This document shows positions 1 through 8,618 of a stretch of DNA of 35,318 bases, piece after piece. Made by a program: the position numbers and the translations under genes. Position 1 is the stretch's first letter. Each line of letters starts with the position of its first letter. Origin of the DNA: a virus. Taxonomy: Duplodnaviria > Caudoviricetes. The stretch spans positions 1 through 35,318 of IMG/VR virus record IMGVR_UViG_3300035494_000069; one strand, given 5' to 3'. The notes under the pieces are model-generated. The model searched no databases. It was not told where the DNA came from and saw only the letters and a program-made list of their open reading frames with translations.

Positions 1-42
1 CGCATGCGTATGAAAAAACAGAAAAAAATCCGAATAAGGGGC

Positions 43-70
43 TTGCGCCGCCGAGGATCATCTATATAAT
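43..70 (+). promoter_or_regulatory. Sigma70 promoter of the tRNA gene
   Basis: TTGCGC (43-48), 16-bp spacer, TATAAT (65-70), with A-tracts upstream (UP-element-like); typical stable-RNA promoter. Confidence 0.75.
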
Positions 71-84
71 ACGCAGCACATTTT

Positions 85-161
85 AGGACTATAGCTCAGT
101 TGGTTAGAGCACCACCTTGACATGGTGAGGGTCGCTGGTTCGAGTCCAGTTAGTCCTACCA
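85..161 (+). tRNA. tRNA-Val(GAC), reconstituted at attL (host 5' half plus phage-supplied 3' half)
   Basis: Acceptor stem AGGACTA/TAGTCCT, D-arm TAGCTCAGTTGGTTAGAGC, anticodon loop TTGACAT, T-loop TTCGAGT, encoded CCA. Confidence 0.97.
117..161 (+). repeat. attL direct repeat (exact core TTGACATGGTG, 117-127)
   Basis: 39/45 identical to 35090-35134. Confidence 0.93.
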
Positions 162-177
162 GAATTGCCAAGAAAAT

Positions 178-211
178 CAGCCACTTACGTCAATGACGGA
201 GTGGCTGTTTT
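178..211 (+). terminator. Phage-supplied intrinsic terminator after the tRNA; overlaps an IHF-consensus site AATCAGCCACTTA (175-187)
   Basis: CAGCCACT...AGTGGCTG stem with inner CGTCA/TGACG pairing, then TTTT. Confidence 0.7.
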
Positions 212-217
212 CGTATG

Positions 218-257
218 TGGAGAAATTTTGGAGAAATTCTGGAGATATACAGTACTT
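218..257 (+). repeat. Probable integrase arm-type sites, three tandem TGGAGA(A/T)AT at 11-bp period
   Basis: Copies at 218, 229, 240; TGGAGATATACAGT recurs at 34960-34973 near attR. Confidence 0.75.
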
Positions 258-286
258 CGGAATGAACCAGAAGAGGGTGCAGCCCT

Positions 287-1384
287 TCAGACGGGAAGGG
301 CTGCTTCGCACACCGTCCATTCAATGTGACGGTCGGTGTAGTGGTGCGTCATCTTCAGGGTGCTGTGGCCCATCAGGGTCTGGACATACTCGTCAGAGAA
401 TCCGGCCTCCAAGTAGAGATGCCCACCCAAGGCCCGGATCTCATGGACCGTGGGCCGCTGTTCGGCTGGCAGTCGCGCAATTTCGGGCACCTTGTCCCTG
501 GCTTTGGCAAACTCTTTCGACAGTGTTTCTGGCCGAACCTGCGACCAGTGAGTCATCGACTTGCTGCGCCTGATGCGTTTTGGGCGGCGGTGGATGATGT
601 AGGGGCTGGCAATGCCTGATTGTCGGCTGCGCTTTATAACGGCCTCCAGTGATGCGCCTACCTTGATTCTCAGGTGAGCCCTGTGGCCGTGCTTCTCCGT
701 CTTGCGCTGGATCATGTGCAGGTGGCCGTCCCTGATATCGTCGAACTTGGCCGAGCACAGGTCACTGCGCCGCTGCAGCGTGATCAGTGCAAAATCCATG
801 GCCACCTTGAGCCAGTCATCTGCGTGCGCATAAATTGCGTTGAACCACTCCTTGCTCAGTGGTCGGCGTTGCTTCTCGTCTGCTGCCTTTGCCAGCGTAT
901 TCTCAGCAGGGTTGGTGTCACACAGCCCCTTGGTTGCACCGAACCGGAATAGCTCCGACAGTAGGCCGCGGATCTTGATATAGGCATTGTTCTGGAAGTT
1001 GTCATCCAGGTAATCAGCCACCATCTTGATGCTCATAGCCTCGACCTGTTTGTCTTTCAGGTCTTGTTCCAGCCGGTTCAGTCGATAGGTGGTCTCTTCC
1101 AGGGTGCGGGGCTTGAGCTTCTTGGTGGGTAGATATTCTGTCCGGTACCGCTTGATGATGTCACCGAAGAGAACGCGCTGCTCGGTGACCACACGGGATA
1201 CCAGATCATTTGAAGGGATCAGCAGTGCATTCAGTTTCCGCGCTGCTGCGTTCGCTTTCTTCCGGTCAGATCCCATGCCGTGGTACTTCCCTGTTTGAGG
1301 GTGGCGGTACTTGTAGTAGCCGCCACTCTCATGCAGGTTTGGCTCCAGATCTCGGTTTTTGTCACTTCGTCTGCGTGCTGCCAT
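287..1384 (-). CDS. int: Tyrosine recombinase (lambda-Int-like integrase)
   Basis: N-terminal arm-binding-like MAARRRSDKNRDLEPNL; catalytic motifs QRRSD, HEIR, LMGH...HY; adjacent to att; start placed at ATG 1384. Confidence 0.95.
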   Translation of the reverse strand: MAARRRSDKNRDLEPNLHESGGYYKYRHPQTGKYHGMGSDRKKANAAARKLNALLIPSNDLVSRVVTEQRVLFGDIIKRYRTEYLPTKKLKPRTLEETTYRLNRLEQDLKDKQVEAMSIKMVADYLDDNFQNNAYIKIRGLLSELFRFGATKGLCDTNPAENTLAKAADEKQRRPLSKEWFNAIYAHADDWLKVAMDFALITLQRRSDLCSAKFDDIRDGHLHMIQRKTEKHGHRAHLRIKVGASLEAVIKRSRQSGIASPYIIHRRPKRIRRSKSMTHWSQVRPETLSKEFAKARDKVPEIARLPAEQRPTVHEIRALGGHLYLEAGFSDEYVQTLMGHSTLKMTHHYTDRHIEWTVCEAALPV

Positions 1385-1583
1385 TGTCTGCCAATACCTG
1401 ATCAACCAGCGGATCACCGGTCGATCGTCGCTCCTCTTCAACTTGAACAAACCACTTCCCGCCTATCAGCTTGGCAGGAATGTGACCATTAACGCACCAC
1501 CGTTTAACCGTCGATCTGGACGGAGGCGTGGTGAATCGTTGCGTTCTCCATTCATGCAAAGGCATCAGCTGTTCAATTGGCAT
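1362..1583 (-). CDS. xis: Excisionase (Xis-like winged helix), 73 aa
   Basis: PPSRSTVKRWCVNGHIPAKLIGGKWFV; overlaps int start; GGAGG RBS. Confidence 0.8.
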   Translation of the reverse strand: MPIEQLMPLHEWRTQRFTTPPSRSTVKRWCVNGHIPAKLIGGKWFVQVEEERRSTGDPLVDQVLADNGSTQTK

Positions 1584-2004
1584 TCTGCTGCCTCCTGTGG
1601 TGGTTCTGGTACCGGCCGAACGCCTGCTGCACCTTGCGGAACAAAGCAGCGGCATCAGCGTTGTGGTCCAGTTCAGCTCGACTCTTGATGCCGCATGCCT
1701 CGCAAATGAACTCCCTGGCGTCGTCCTCAGTGTGCGTGCCATCAGGAATATCCATATTGAACTTGGCTCTGCGGCGGCGATCGAGCCAAAGGCGGAAGTC
1801 TGCACTTTGGCACAGCATGGCTGCGCTCCGTGCCAGTCGGCCGCCTTTCGTCTCGCTATCAAACCACTCTTTCAGGTGCTCAGCTTCACCAAAGATGCCG
1901 TTTTCAAACAGCTCGCGGCCACGCTGCAGGCTCACGCGCTTGCCGTTTTCAAAGAATATGGGCTTACCCTTCGCCCATGATTGAGATGCAGTCTGGTAGG
2001 TCAT
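1573..2004 (-). CDS. Hypothetical phage protein
   Basis: RBS, tightly packed in the early operon; C-terminal CGIKSRAELDHN motif familiar from phage hypotheticals. Confidence 0.7.
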   Translation of the reverse strand: MTYQTASQSWAKGKPIFFENGKRVSLQRGRELFENGIFGEAEHLKEWFDSETKGGRLARSAAMLCQSADFRLWLDRRRRAKFNMDIPDGTHTEDDAREFICEACGIKSRAELDHNADAAALFRKVQQAFGRYQNHHRRQQNAN

Positions 2005-2023
2005 ACATCCTCCCTGTTATCAG

Positions 2024-2602
2024 TTACTGCTCATAATTCTGGTGTTGGGCGTCCTTCATAAATACCAGCCAATGCGTTAGGCCGCTGCGTCCGGAAACTT
2101 GCCCGAATAGCGGCCGCGCCGGGGTCAATTCCAGCACATCGCGCAACTTGACGTGGGTTTCGTTCCACTTGAATACTAGGACGCCTTCTGGCTCCAAGAC
2201 CCGAAAACACTCCGCGAAGCCACGGCGCAGGTCGTCACGCCAGTTGTCGGAGAGCTTGCCGTATTTAGCGGCCATCCAGCTTTTATGGCCTGCCCGCTCC
2301 AAGTGGGGCGGATCAAAGGCCACCAACCTGAAGCTGCCATCGGGGTAGGGCAAATCCCGAAAGTCCATCAGCACATCAGGATCAATCACCAGCGTCCTGG
2401 TTCCGTCTTGCTTCCCGTGCGATCTGTCCGTCACGGTAATGGTTTCGCGCCGTTGGTCACCATACACAACCAGTGGGTGATTTTTGTCGAACCACATCAT
2501 GCGCGGCCCACAGCAAACGTCCAGCACCGGGCGCCTAACAACACGCTCGTTCGGAATTGCGGACTCGGTTGCCGCCATCTGTCGCAATAAGTCGGTGTTC
2601 AC
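2024..2602 (-). CDS. SAM-dependent methyltransferase, probably DNA amino-MTase
   Basis: VLDVCCG SAM-binding motif and FDPPH catalytic-type motif. Confidence 0.85.
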   Translation of the reverse strand: MNTDLLRQMAATESAIPNERVVRRPVLDVCCGPRMMWFDKNHPLVVYGDQRRETITVTDRSHGKQDGTRTLVIDPDVLMDFRDLPYPDGSFRLVAFDPPHLERAGHKSWMAAKYGKLSDNWRDDLRRGFAECFRVLEPEGVLVFKWNETHVKLRDVLELTPARPLFGQVSGRSGLTHWLVFMKDAQHQNYEQ

Positions 2603-2934
2603 ATCAACCTCCGTTCTTCTGACAGGGATTCAAACCGCTGGACCAGCCGTTCCAGTGCCTCTTGGTCAAATGCGTTGCGCAAGTGTTTGCGGGCCAGCTC
2701 GATCCGTTCGCGCAGGTGACGGATGATGGATTCATCGCTCCAGTCACCGGCGTCGAAATCCATCGCATCGAGCGCCAGGTATAGGGTGCATTCCAGCTGA
2801 GTGATGCGCCGGCTGTAGCGGGGGATGCTCTCCAGCTGCTCAACCGCCAAGGCGATATCGGTAGGCGCGTCGGTTTCGCCCTGTGCAGCAAAGCGATCGG
2901 CGAGTTGGTGCAGCCGTGTTATCAGTTCAATCAT
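2599..2934 (-). CDS. Hypothetical protein
   Basis: GGAGG RBS, overlapping neighbours. Confidence 0.65.
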   Translation of the reverse strand: MIELITRLHQLADRFAAQGETDAPTDIALAVEQLESIPRYSRRITQLECTLYLALDAMDFDAGDWSDESIIRHLRERIELARKHLRNAFDQEALERLVQRFESLSEERRLM

Positions 2935-3223
2935 GGGAACCTCCTGTGTACCGCAGTACGCTCATGAAGCCCGGATCTTGCGGTGTGATCATGCCGGCAT
3001 CGACTGCAGCGCGAACGGCACTGAACAGCCGCTTGGTTGTCCAGGGCTTGCCGTTCTCAGTCGGGCGCAGGTTGGCTGACAATTCCAACCAGGTGAGCTG
3101 CCGGGTGTTGTGTGAATCGCGCACCAGGTGGGTGACGATATCGGCATCGGTGTTGGTGTCGGGGGCAGTGGAGGGCGGCAGGCCGCCCTCGTTGCCCAGC
3201 AGGGAAAGCTGAGCTTCTTGCAT
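2927..3223 (-). CDS. Hypothetical protein
   Basis: GGAGG RBS, operon packing. Confidence 0.6.
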   Translation of the reverse strand: MQEAQLSLLGNEGGLPPSTAPDTNTDADIVTHLVRDSHNTRQLTWLELSANLRPTENGKPWTTKRLFSAVRAAVDAGMITPQDPGFMSVLRYTGGSHD

Positions 3224-3559
3224 CTACTTCGCCTCCTTGTATCGGTTGCGGACGTGCAGGCCTTCCCAGCGTTCCCATACCTCCCGGAAGCGGAGGTTGC
3301 CGTAGGGGATCAGCTCGTGCGGCTCCCGGTTAGCGAGGGTGCGCAGCTTGATCACGTCAATCGCTGCATCGAATAACACCGGGTCCAGATTGCCGAGGTC
3401 GGTTACGTCCAGGTGGAATTCGTTGCCGTTATAGGCTGACAGCAGCACCTGTGCGGCAGCACGGCCGCCGCTGGTGTCTGTCATTGCAACGGGCAGCAAG
3501 GCCGCGACTGCGTCGTGGTAGCGCTGCTCCCAGCATGGGGCATTCTGTTCAGTGCTCAT
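3224..3559 (-). CDS. Hypothetical phage protein
   Basis: RBS, ATGA overlap with upstream gene. Confidence 0.7.
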   Translation of the reverse strand: MSTEQNAPCWEQRYHDAVAALLPVAMTDTSGGRAAAQVLLSAYNGNEFHLDVTDLGNLDPVLFDAAIDVIKLRTLANREPHELIPYGNLRFREVWERWEGLHVRNRYKEAK

Positions 3560-3936
3560 ATCTCGTCTACCTCCTCAACCCAGTTGGCCCGGGCGGTCGA
3601 CAGGATCTTAGTCAGCCGTTTGCGCTGCTGAGTGACCCAGTGTTCAAGGTGCTCGGGGCACAGTTCACCGCGTTCGGCCTGGGCGAGTATGTCGGCCAGC
3701 ATGATCCTGACGATTTGCGATCGCTCGCCGTTGGCGGCGTACATGCGGCAGCGCTCCAGCTCGTCGCCGCACTTCACGAACAGCTGCAGATCAGAGTGGC
3801 GATATTGGCCGCCGGGTCCGCCAAGCCAGTAGAAGCCGTCGGTCGGCTCTGGTTTCAGTGTCACGCGGAACGGCTCGCCGGTGTCCTGGCTGGCGTAGCT
3901 GCTGGCCGGGTGGATGCGTGCGTAGAACTCAGACAT
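3556..3936 (-). CDS. Hypothetical protein
   Basis: GGAGG RBS, operon packing. Confidence 0.65.
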   Translation of the reverse strand: MSEFYARIHPASSYASQDTGEPFRVTLKPEPTDGFYWLGGPGGQYRHSDLQLFVKCGDELERCRMYAANGERSQIVRIMLADILAQAERGELCPEHLEHWVTQQRKRLTKILSTARANWVEEVDEI

Positions 3937-4138
3937 AACGCACCTCCTTTCCCAGCGGCTGCTTGTCGTCAGTCAGCTCGCGCTGGATGCGCTGCCAGAT
4001 CTCCTCGCGGTGGATCTGCACATCTTCCGGCGCTTTGATGCCAATGCGCACCTGGTTACCGTGGATGCCGAGTACGGTCACTTCAATCTCGTCGGCGATG
4101 ATCAGGGTTTCGCCTACGCGGCGGGTCAGAATCAGCAT
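3929..4138 (-). CDS. csrA: CsrA/RsmA family translational regulator
   Basis: [52 protein letters not shown]; HREEI motif with RNA-binding Arg44. Confidence 0.95.
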   Translation of the reverse strand: MLILTRRVGETLIIADEIEVTVLGIHGNQVRIGIKAPEDVQIHREEIWQRIQRELTDDKQPLGKEVRYV

Positions 4139-4518
4139 GATGCACACTCCTTGTCGGTTTTCTCAGTGGTAACGATGGTGAAGTCGATAGAGTCAGTCTC
4201 GAAGCAATCGGCTTTCAGCAGCTCGATGCCGCAGCTGCCGTCCAGCGGTGCCCAGCCAGGGGTGCGTTCGAACAGCCCCTTCAGCGCGTCCAGTTTCTTG
4301 CCTCGGCTCTCGGGGAATGCGTACTCGCCGAACATCACCAGCCAGGCCTCGGTGATATCGCCTTCTGTGTCCTGGATGCGCTCCAGGCCGTTGTTGGTCC
4401 AGGCCAGCAGCATGTCGCGCATTGACTCCAGCGTGACTTCGTCCTGCTCAATACGGACGGTTGCCTGCCAGCCGCTCCAGCTATGGACGACGGTAAAGTC
4501 CTTGTATCCAGCACTCAT
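4132..4518 (-). CDS. DUF2528-like phage protein
   Basis: GDITEA and [13 protein letters not shown] motifs recalled from DUF2528. Confidence 0.6.
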   Translation of the reverse strand: MSAGYKDFTVVHSWSGWQATVRIEQDEVTLESMRDMLLAWTNNGLERIQDTEGDITEAWLVMFGEYAFPESRGKKLDALKGLFERTPGWAPLDGSCGIELLKADCFETDSIDFTIVTTEKTDKECASC

Positions 4519-5405
4519 ACCGCACCCCCAAAAAACTCTTGGTGAAAAGCCAGCACCTCGGCGGCGATCGCTTTCGGTACCGGGCGGATCTTCGGCGTGA
4601 TCAGTTCACTGCCTTCAACGCGCACGGTCTGGCTGACTTCGTTCTCAGTGTCGAGCAGCTGGTACCAGCCATCTTTCGGGCAGGTGAACAGCTCCCAGCG
4701 GCCAACGCGGCCGAGCTCGAAAACGCGCTCGGGTTTGATTTCCATACCGGCGTTCACGTCGGCAACCGCCTTATCCAGGGCTACGTCCAGTTTGCGGTTC
4801 TGTTTGGCCAGCTGGTGGTTCTTGGCGCGCATCTCCTTGGCACCGGCGATCGCCTCGGCCTTTTCCTTCTGCAGGCGCTTCACCTGCTTGTGCAGTCGGT
4901 CGGGGTCCAGTGCCTTCAGCCGTTTCACCTCGGCCTGTGCCTCTTTCAGCTGCTGCTGGGTTTTGGTCAGCACGCGTGCGTTGGCGTTGTCCTGAACAAC
5001 CAGGCGCTCCACCTCGGTCTGCAGTTTCTCCTTGTCGTCGGCCAGCTGGTTACCGGCTTTTTCGAACTCGTCGCGGGTGTCCTTCAGCTGGTGGTTTTCG
5101 CGCAACAACTTGCAGACCCTGTCGCGTAGTTCCTGCTCACGCTTGAGGCCTTCCGCGTTGCGTTCCAGGCTCAGCTTCTGCTCGTTGGCCATCATGGCCA
5201 GCTGCTCCTTCTGCTGCGCGATCTGATCCGTCAGCTCGACGATGTCCTGATCGGCAGCCATGTTCCAGGTGTCGTACTGGGCAACCTTGGCTTCCAGCTC
5301 TTTAATCCGCTCCTCCCGCAGGGCAATCTCGAACGACTCCAGCCGGTGGTCTTGCTCGGCCAGTGACGGCTCGGGGCGGTTGTTCAGTGACAGTCGGGCG
5401 TTCAT
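4515..5405 (-). CDS. Long coiled-coil protein with small C-terminal beta domain
   Basis: Heptad-rich E/K/Q/L sequence over ~200 aa. Confidence 0.7.
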   Translation of the reverse strand: MNARLSLNNRPEPSLAEQDHRLESFEIALREERIKELEAKVAQYDTWNMAADQDIVELTDQIAQQKEQLAMMANEQKLSLERNAEGLKREQELRDRVCKLLRENHQLKDTRDEFEKAGNQLADDKEKLQTEVERLVVQDNANARVLTKTQQQLKEAQAEVKRLKALDPDRLHKQVKRLQKEKAEAIAGAKEMRAKNHQLAKQNRKLDVALDKAVADVNAGMEIKPERVFELGRVGRWELFTCPKDGWYQLLDTENEVSQTVRVEGSELITPKIRPVPKAIAAEVLAFHQEFFGGAV

Positions 5406-5566
5406 GGGCGGTCTCCTTTGCGGGGCAGTTCCAGGGCCTGTGCACGGCGGGCACGGATGCGGCGGTTGAGTTTTTCGAGTGCGGACGGTGGCAGCTCCCG
5501 CAGGATCTGCATTGCGATCGCGCGCCCCAGGGCGTTAGAATCAAAGGCGTTGGTGTTTGCTTTCAT
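5402..5566 (-). CDS. Small hypothetical protein, 54 aa (MKANTNAFDSNALGRAIAMQILRELPP...), not in the ORF track
   Basis: AAGGAG RBS before ATG 5566; stop overlaps next start (ATGA). Confidence 0.7.
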   Translation of the reverse strand: MKANTNAFDSNALGRAIAMQILRELPPSALEKLNRRIRARRAQALELPRKGDRP

Positions 5567-5640
5567 CTGCTTACTCCTTCATGGCTCCCGGATGCTTGGC
5601 GGTATCGGGAGCCGCTTCATTTCAGGCCGTTCGGCCCGGT

Positions 5641-8310
5641 TCAATCTCGATCAAATACCCAACACTTCACGGTCTTTTCCTGCTCGGTGATCTTGCTGCG
5701 TACCGAGCGGTTGGACTCAATAAACTTGCGGGTCTTGCTGGTGCGCAGCAGGTGTTTCAGCGTGCGCATATCGGGGGCGCGCAGCTTGAACTCACCACAC
5801 CAGCGCTCGAATTCCTTCAGGTTCACAGCAATCTGTTTGGCATCGGGGCCGAAGTGGTTCAGCTTGGGCTTGCTGCTGTCGCCGGTGCCTTCGATGTAGT
5901 CGAACGCCTCCCAGAACTCCGTCACCATCGGGTGGTCCGCATTCAGTGCGCTCTGTCGCTCCTTCGCCATCTGCACCACAAACTGACGCGCTTCGGCGAT
6001 GATCGGCTCGGGCAGCAGGCCAAGGCCTTTCGCGCCCAGGCAATCGACCAGGGCCATCAGCTGGCCGTGGTTTTTGGCGATACGGTTCATGCGGATCTCG
6101 TCCAGCTGGAACAGGTGCTTCTCGTAGTGCCGCGAGGCTTGGTCGAACACCTCCATCAGCTTCTGCTCGGCGCGGGTAGCCTGCAGCAGGAAGCCGCTCA
6201 CGCTCTCCATCGGGATGGTTTCAAGCCACTCGGCCGCAACCTTGGTCTGGGCAGTCTGGGTTTCACGCGTCACGGTGATGTGGGTGATACGGCTCAGGAT
6301 CGCCTCGCTGGCTTCCACCTGCGCGTTCTGGCTGATCATGATCGCGCCCCGGAACGGCGGCTCGCGCGTTTCATTGCTGGTGGTCTTCATCCCCATGGAG
6401 CGAATCGCACGGCCGTTGAACGCGGTTTTCAGCTCGTCCCAGTCAAACTGCCCGGCCTTGTTCTTGTCGCCGCTGTCGCGGTCAGCCTCGATCAGCACCA
6501 CCGGCATGTTGCTCACCTGCTCAAAGGCACGGTAGCGGCCAACCTTGGTGGCCTTGCTCGGGTCAAACCCTTCATAGTCGAAGCGGCCGCAGGCCTTCCA
6601 CAGAAACTCGATCAGTGTCGATTTACCGGCGTTTGCTTCACCCACCAGCTCAAAGAACGGGAAGCTCTTGTGCTTCTGGCGGATCTGCTCAGCGAACAGC
6701 GAGCCCAGCCACCATGCGGTAGTGACCACACCCGCGCTGCCAAAGGCCTGTGCCACCTGGCTGGCCCAGTGGGGGTTGTACTCGTTCGCGTGGGTGTTGA
6801 TCTGGATCTCGGGCGAGCCGGCCAGCGTTTTGAGCGACAGCCTGCCGAACTGGTAAAAGTCCTCATCGTTGATGGGCACCACCTTGCCATCCTTGATCGC
6901 CACCTGGGTGAACACGTACACGCCGTGCTCTTTGGTGTAGCCGATGTAATCAATCGTCTCGACGGTGCGCAGGCCGATCATCTGGTCCTGCATGATGCGG
7001 TCCAGCTGCTTGCCGCTGCCGATCCACCAGGCGTTTTTGATGCCCAGCAGGCGGTTCTTGAACTCGCTTGCACTGGTCAGCTGCTTGGGCGTGAAAGCGT
7101 GTTTGTGCACCGACTCGTCCGGCATCTCGATGCGGAAGTAATAGGTACTCTCGTCCGTGACTTCATTGCGCTGGAAGTAGAGCGGTGTGGGTACCGCGCT
7201 GCAGATACAGGCCAACACACCGGCGTTCTTCAGTGCTGCCTCACGCTGCTTGGGGCTCAGGCCTTCGGGGCCATCTGCATCGAACGAACGCACCTCGCGC
7301 TCATAGGCGTCCATGTCCAGCTTCCACCACCACAGCTTGCCGCTGTATTCAAACCAGAACTCGCGGCGCTCGCGGTGGTGATACATCAGCATCGCTTTCT
7401 CGGCCGGGCTCTTGGCCAGCAGCAGGTCGCCGTAGTAGCGGTACTTGTCCAGATCCTTTGTGCCCAGCCGATCCAGCTGCAGCAAGTCGTTCCAGTCGTG
7501 GCGGCGGCCATCCATCATCGGGATTTGTGCCGCTTCGCACGTCCAGCCACCGGCCTCGGCACGGTCGCGGTGCTTCAGCGTGGCCTTGCGGCCGGCGTGA
7601 TCACCGTCCTGTGCCCACACCAGCGTGGGCAGCTTGCCGCCGGCGGGGATTTCCTTGCGGATCGACTCCAGCAGCAGGTCGATATAGTTGGCCGAACTCA
7701 GGTTCGACACCGCCGTAATGCCCACATGCATCAGCGCGATCGCGTCGAAGATGCCCTCGGTAATCCAGATCTCTTTCGCCTCGGCCAGCTCTTTCACGGT
7801 CAGGATCGGCGGCACCCAGGCCAGCCCCTTAAAGCCGCCAATAATGCGCGCCTTCTGTTTGCCGAAGCGCTGCGGCTTATCGAGCAGGCGTTCCCAGTGG
7901 CCGTTGGGCAGGGGGAAGCGAACGGTAGTGGTGCCCTGGTTAATGGTGTGGTCGTGGTAGAACTCTTGGGTGTACCAGCCACGGATGCGCATCAGGTCAA
8001 AGCCACGGCCGTCACGCAGGTAACCGTCTGCCACGGCGGTGGGGTTGGCCTGCCGTTCGGCTTCATCCTTCGGGGTGTAGCGCTCGGTCCAACTCTCGAA
8101 CAGCTCGGGGAACAGGTCTTTCACATGGTGCTGGGCACCGCAGCGGTTCTCGCGGCCGCACTTCACCATCCAGGGCGCGTCTGCACTGGTGAACGCCTCA
8201 CGCTGGTTGCATGTGGGGCACTCGATCTTGCTGATGTATTGCTTAACCACCTTGCCCTTGTGCTGCTGGGTCAGGCGGCTAACGATGTCGTCACGCAGTT
8301 GTGGATTCAT
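5641..8310 (-). CDS. Replication primase-helicase (Zn finger, TOPRIM, P-loop NTPase), P4-alpha-like
   Basis: CPTC...CGRENRC; TOPRIM ITEGIFDA and QDGD; Walker A GEANAGKST; Walker B VVLIE. Confidence 0.88.
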   Translation of the reverse strand: MNPQLRDDIVSRLTQQHKGKVVKQYISKIECPTCNQREAFTSADAPWMVKCGRENRCGAQHHVKDLFPELFESWTERYTPKDEAERQANPTAVADGYLRDGRGFDLMRIRGWYTQEFYHDHTINQGTTTVRFPLPNGHWERLLDKPQRFGKQKARIIGGFKGLAWVPPILTVKELAEAKEIWITEGIFDAIALMHVGITAVSNLSSANYIDLLLESIRKEIPAGGKLPTLVWAQDGDHAGRKATLKHRDRAEAGGWTCEAAQIPMMDGRRHDWNDLLQLDRLGTKDLDKYRYYGDLLLAKSPAEKAMLMYHHRERREFWFEYSGKLWWWKLDMDAYEREVRSFDADGPEGLSPKQREAALKNAGVLACICSAVPTPLYFQRNEVTDESTYYFRIEMPDESVHKHAFTPKQLTSASEFKNRLLGIKNAWWIGSGKQLDRIMQDQMIGLRTVETIDYIGYTKEHGVYVFTQVAIKDGKVVPINDEDFYQFGRLSLKTLAGSPEIQINTHANEYNPHWASQVAQAFGSAGVVTTAWWLGSLFAEQIRQKHKSFPFFELVGEANAGKSTLIEFLWKACGRFDYEGFDPSKATKVGRYRAFEQVSNMPVVLIEADRDSGDKNKAGQFDWDELKTAFNGRAIRSMGMKTTSNETREPPFRGAIMISQNAQVEASEAILSRITHITVTRETQTAQTKVAAEWLETIPMESVSGFLLQATRAEQKLMEVFDQASRHYEKHLFQLDEIRMNRIAKNHGQLMALVDCLGAKGLGLLPEPIIAEARQFVVQMAKERQSALNADHPMVTEFWEAFDYIEGTGDSSKPKLNHFGPDAKQIAVNLKEFERWCGEFKLRAPDMRTLKHLLRTSKTRKFIESNRSVRSKITEQEKTVKCWVFDRD

Positions 8311-8618
8311 GCCTGCTCGCCTTGTACTGCATCGTCCTGAAGGAGGTCGTCTATATCCATTTGCCTGCTGTTCTCGCGCTCGATCGCCGCCTGGCGAATG
8401 GCCGCGTCAGCCAGTGGCAGGTCAATCTCGGGGTTGGGGCAGCCAGACGGACTCATCGCGTGGGTGATCTCCATCTGGCCACGGAACGTCGCGCCACAGC
8501 CCACGTTGGTGCATTGCAAATAGGTGGACCGCAACAGGGGATGCATGGCCACTGAGTTGCGCACACGCAGGCCGTGATGGCAGTGCGGGCACCGGAGTTT
8601 GTAGACGCTTCCGCTCAT
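8307..8618 (-). CDS. ogr: Ogr/Delta-family zinc-finger late-gene activator
   Basis: CPHC...YLQCTNVGCGATF. Confidence 0.9.
   Translation of the reverse strand: MSGSVYKLRCPHCHHGLRVRNSVAMHPLLRSTYLQCTNVGCGATFRGQMEITHAMSPSGCPNPEIDLPLADAAIRQAAIERENSRQMDIDDLLQDDAVQGEQA

Noticed and set aside
239-252. CTGGAGATATACAG as a LexA (SOS) box
   Set aside because: Spacing is CTG-N8-CAG rather than CTG-N10-CAG; better explained as an Int arm site repeated near attR
193-573. 126-aa plus-strand ORF and similar short overlapping ORFs (e.g. 16556-17779, 22898-23851, 31330-32766, 35068-35283)
   Set aside because: Antisense or out-of-frame overlaps with well-supported genes or att sites; no RBS or family motifs
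5557-8340. 927-aa plus-strand ORF
   Set aside because: Antisense shadow of the primase-helicase gene; no motifs, expected in GC-rich coding DNA
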